Below, one piece after another: positions 63,736-64,000 of a DNA stretch of 64,000 nt. Origin of the DNA: an uncultured virus (IMG/VR IMGVR_UViG_3300008261_000010) (lineage: Duplodnaviria > Heunggongvirae > Uroviricota > Caudoviricetes); IMG/VR virus record IMGVR_UViG_3300008261_000010; one strand, 5' to 3'. How positions within the stretch are numbered: position 1 is the first letter of the stretch; each line of letters starts with the position of its first letter. Made by a program: the position numbers and the translations under genes. Below the pieces are notes generated by a model. It worked only from the letters and a program-made list of their open reading frames with translations, was not told the DNA's origin and searched no databases.

Positions 63736-64000
63736 ATGCGTTTAGCGGGCAGCCCTGAGCTATTCGATGCCCTGGTTCGGCAATATGCCGGCCGGGGCAT
63801 TCCTCGTGGAGCCGCGCAGCACTTGGCCGCTGAGATTGCGACAGGCGATCAGCAGGTCGAGAGCAAGCTTGACGCATTCTTTGGTTTGTACGAGTTGCTG
63901 CAGTCGAAGGGCTACAGCGAGTCAGCGGCGCAACATCTGGCCGTTGAAATGATGGAAGGTCGAGAGCCAATGGCGCATTCGACACGTCGCTTTGCTGGCA
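63736..64000 (+). CDS. Hypothetical protein with N-terminal RLAG motif (3'-truncated; not in ORF track)
   Basis: Read manually: MRLAGSPELFDALVRQY...AAQHLAAE...AAQHLAVE...STRRFAG, open to window end. Confidence 0.65.
   Translation, partial: MRLAGSPELFDALVRQYAGRGIPRGAAQHLAAEIATGDQQVESKLDAFFGLYELLQSKGYSESAAQHLAVEMMEGREPMAHSTRRFAG

Overview
A 64 kb segment of a GC-rich tailed dsDNA phage, very probably a temperate cyanophage of picocyanobacteria (Synechococcus/Cyanobium type). The host inference rests on cyanobacterial-type ThyX, DUF3288, a XisF-like recombinase, NblA-like ORFs and cyanophage-type small ORFs. Layout: (1) tail-fibre end (1-1.8 kb); (2) a tyrosine recombinase and a large serine recombinase (1.8-4.5 kb); (3) HNH, NblA-like, lysin and nucleotide-metabolism genes (thyX, dCMP deaminase, DUF5664) (4.7-14.5 kb); (4) primase-VapE, an HTH regulator and a tRNA-like structured RNA (14.5-18.7 kb); (5) a + strand cluster of proteins sharing an N-terminal R-x-A-G motif (18.9-24.5 kb); (6) a long - strand replication/early region (exonuclease, SSBs, clamp-like, GP88, DUF932, Gp157, RlpA, AP2, HicA-like, many small ORFs), ending in an array of one-gene cassettes bounded by a conserved terminator plus a 17-bp promoter-like motif (38-49.3 kb); (7) a non-coding strand-switch region, probably the genome end or packaging region (49.3-50.1 kb); (8) the late region, with Ala/Gly-rich internal virion proteins, terminase, portal and an overprinted scaffold-like gene (50-64 kb). 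All family calls come from motif recognition by eye; no database searches were run.
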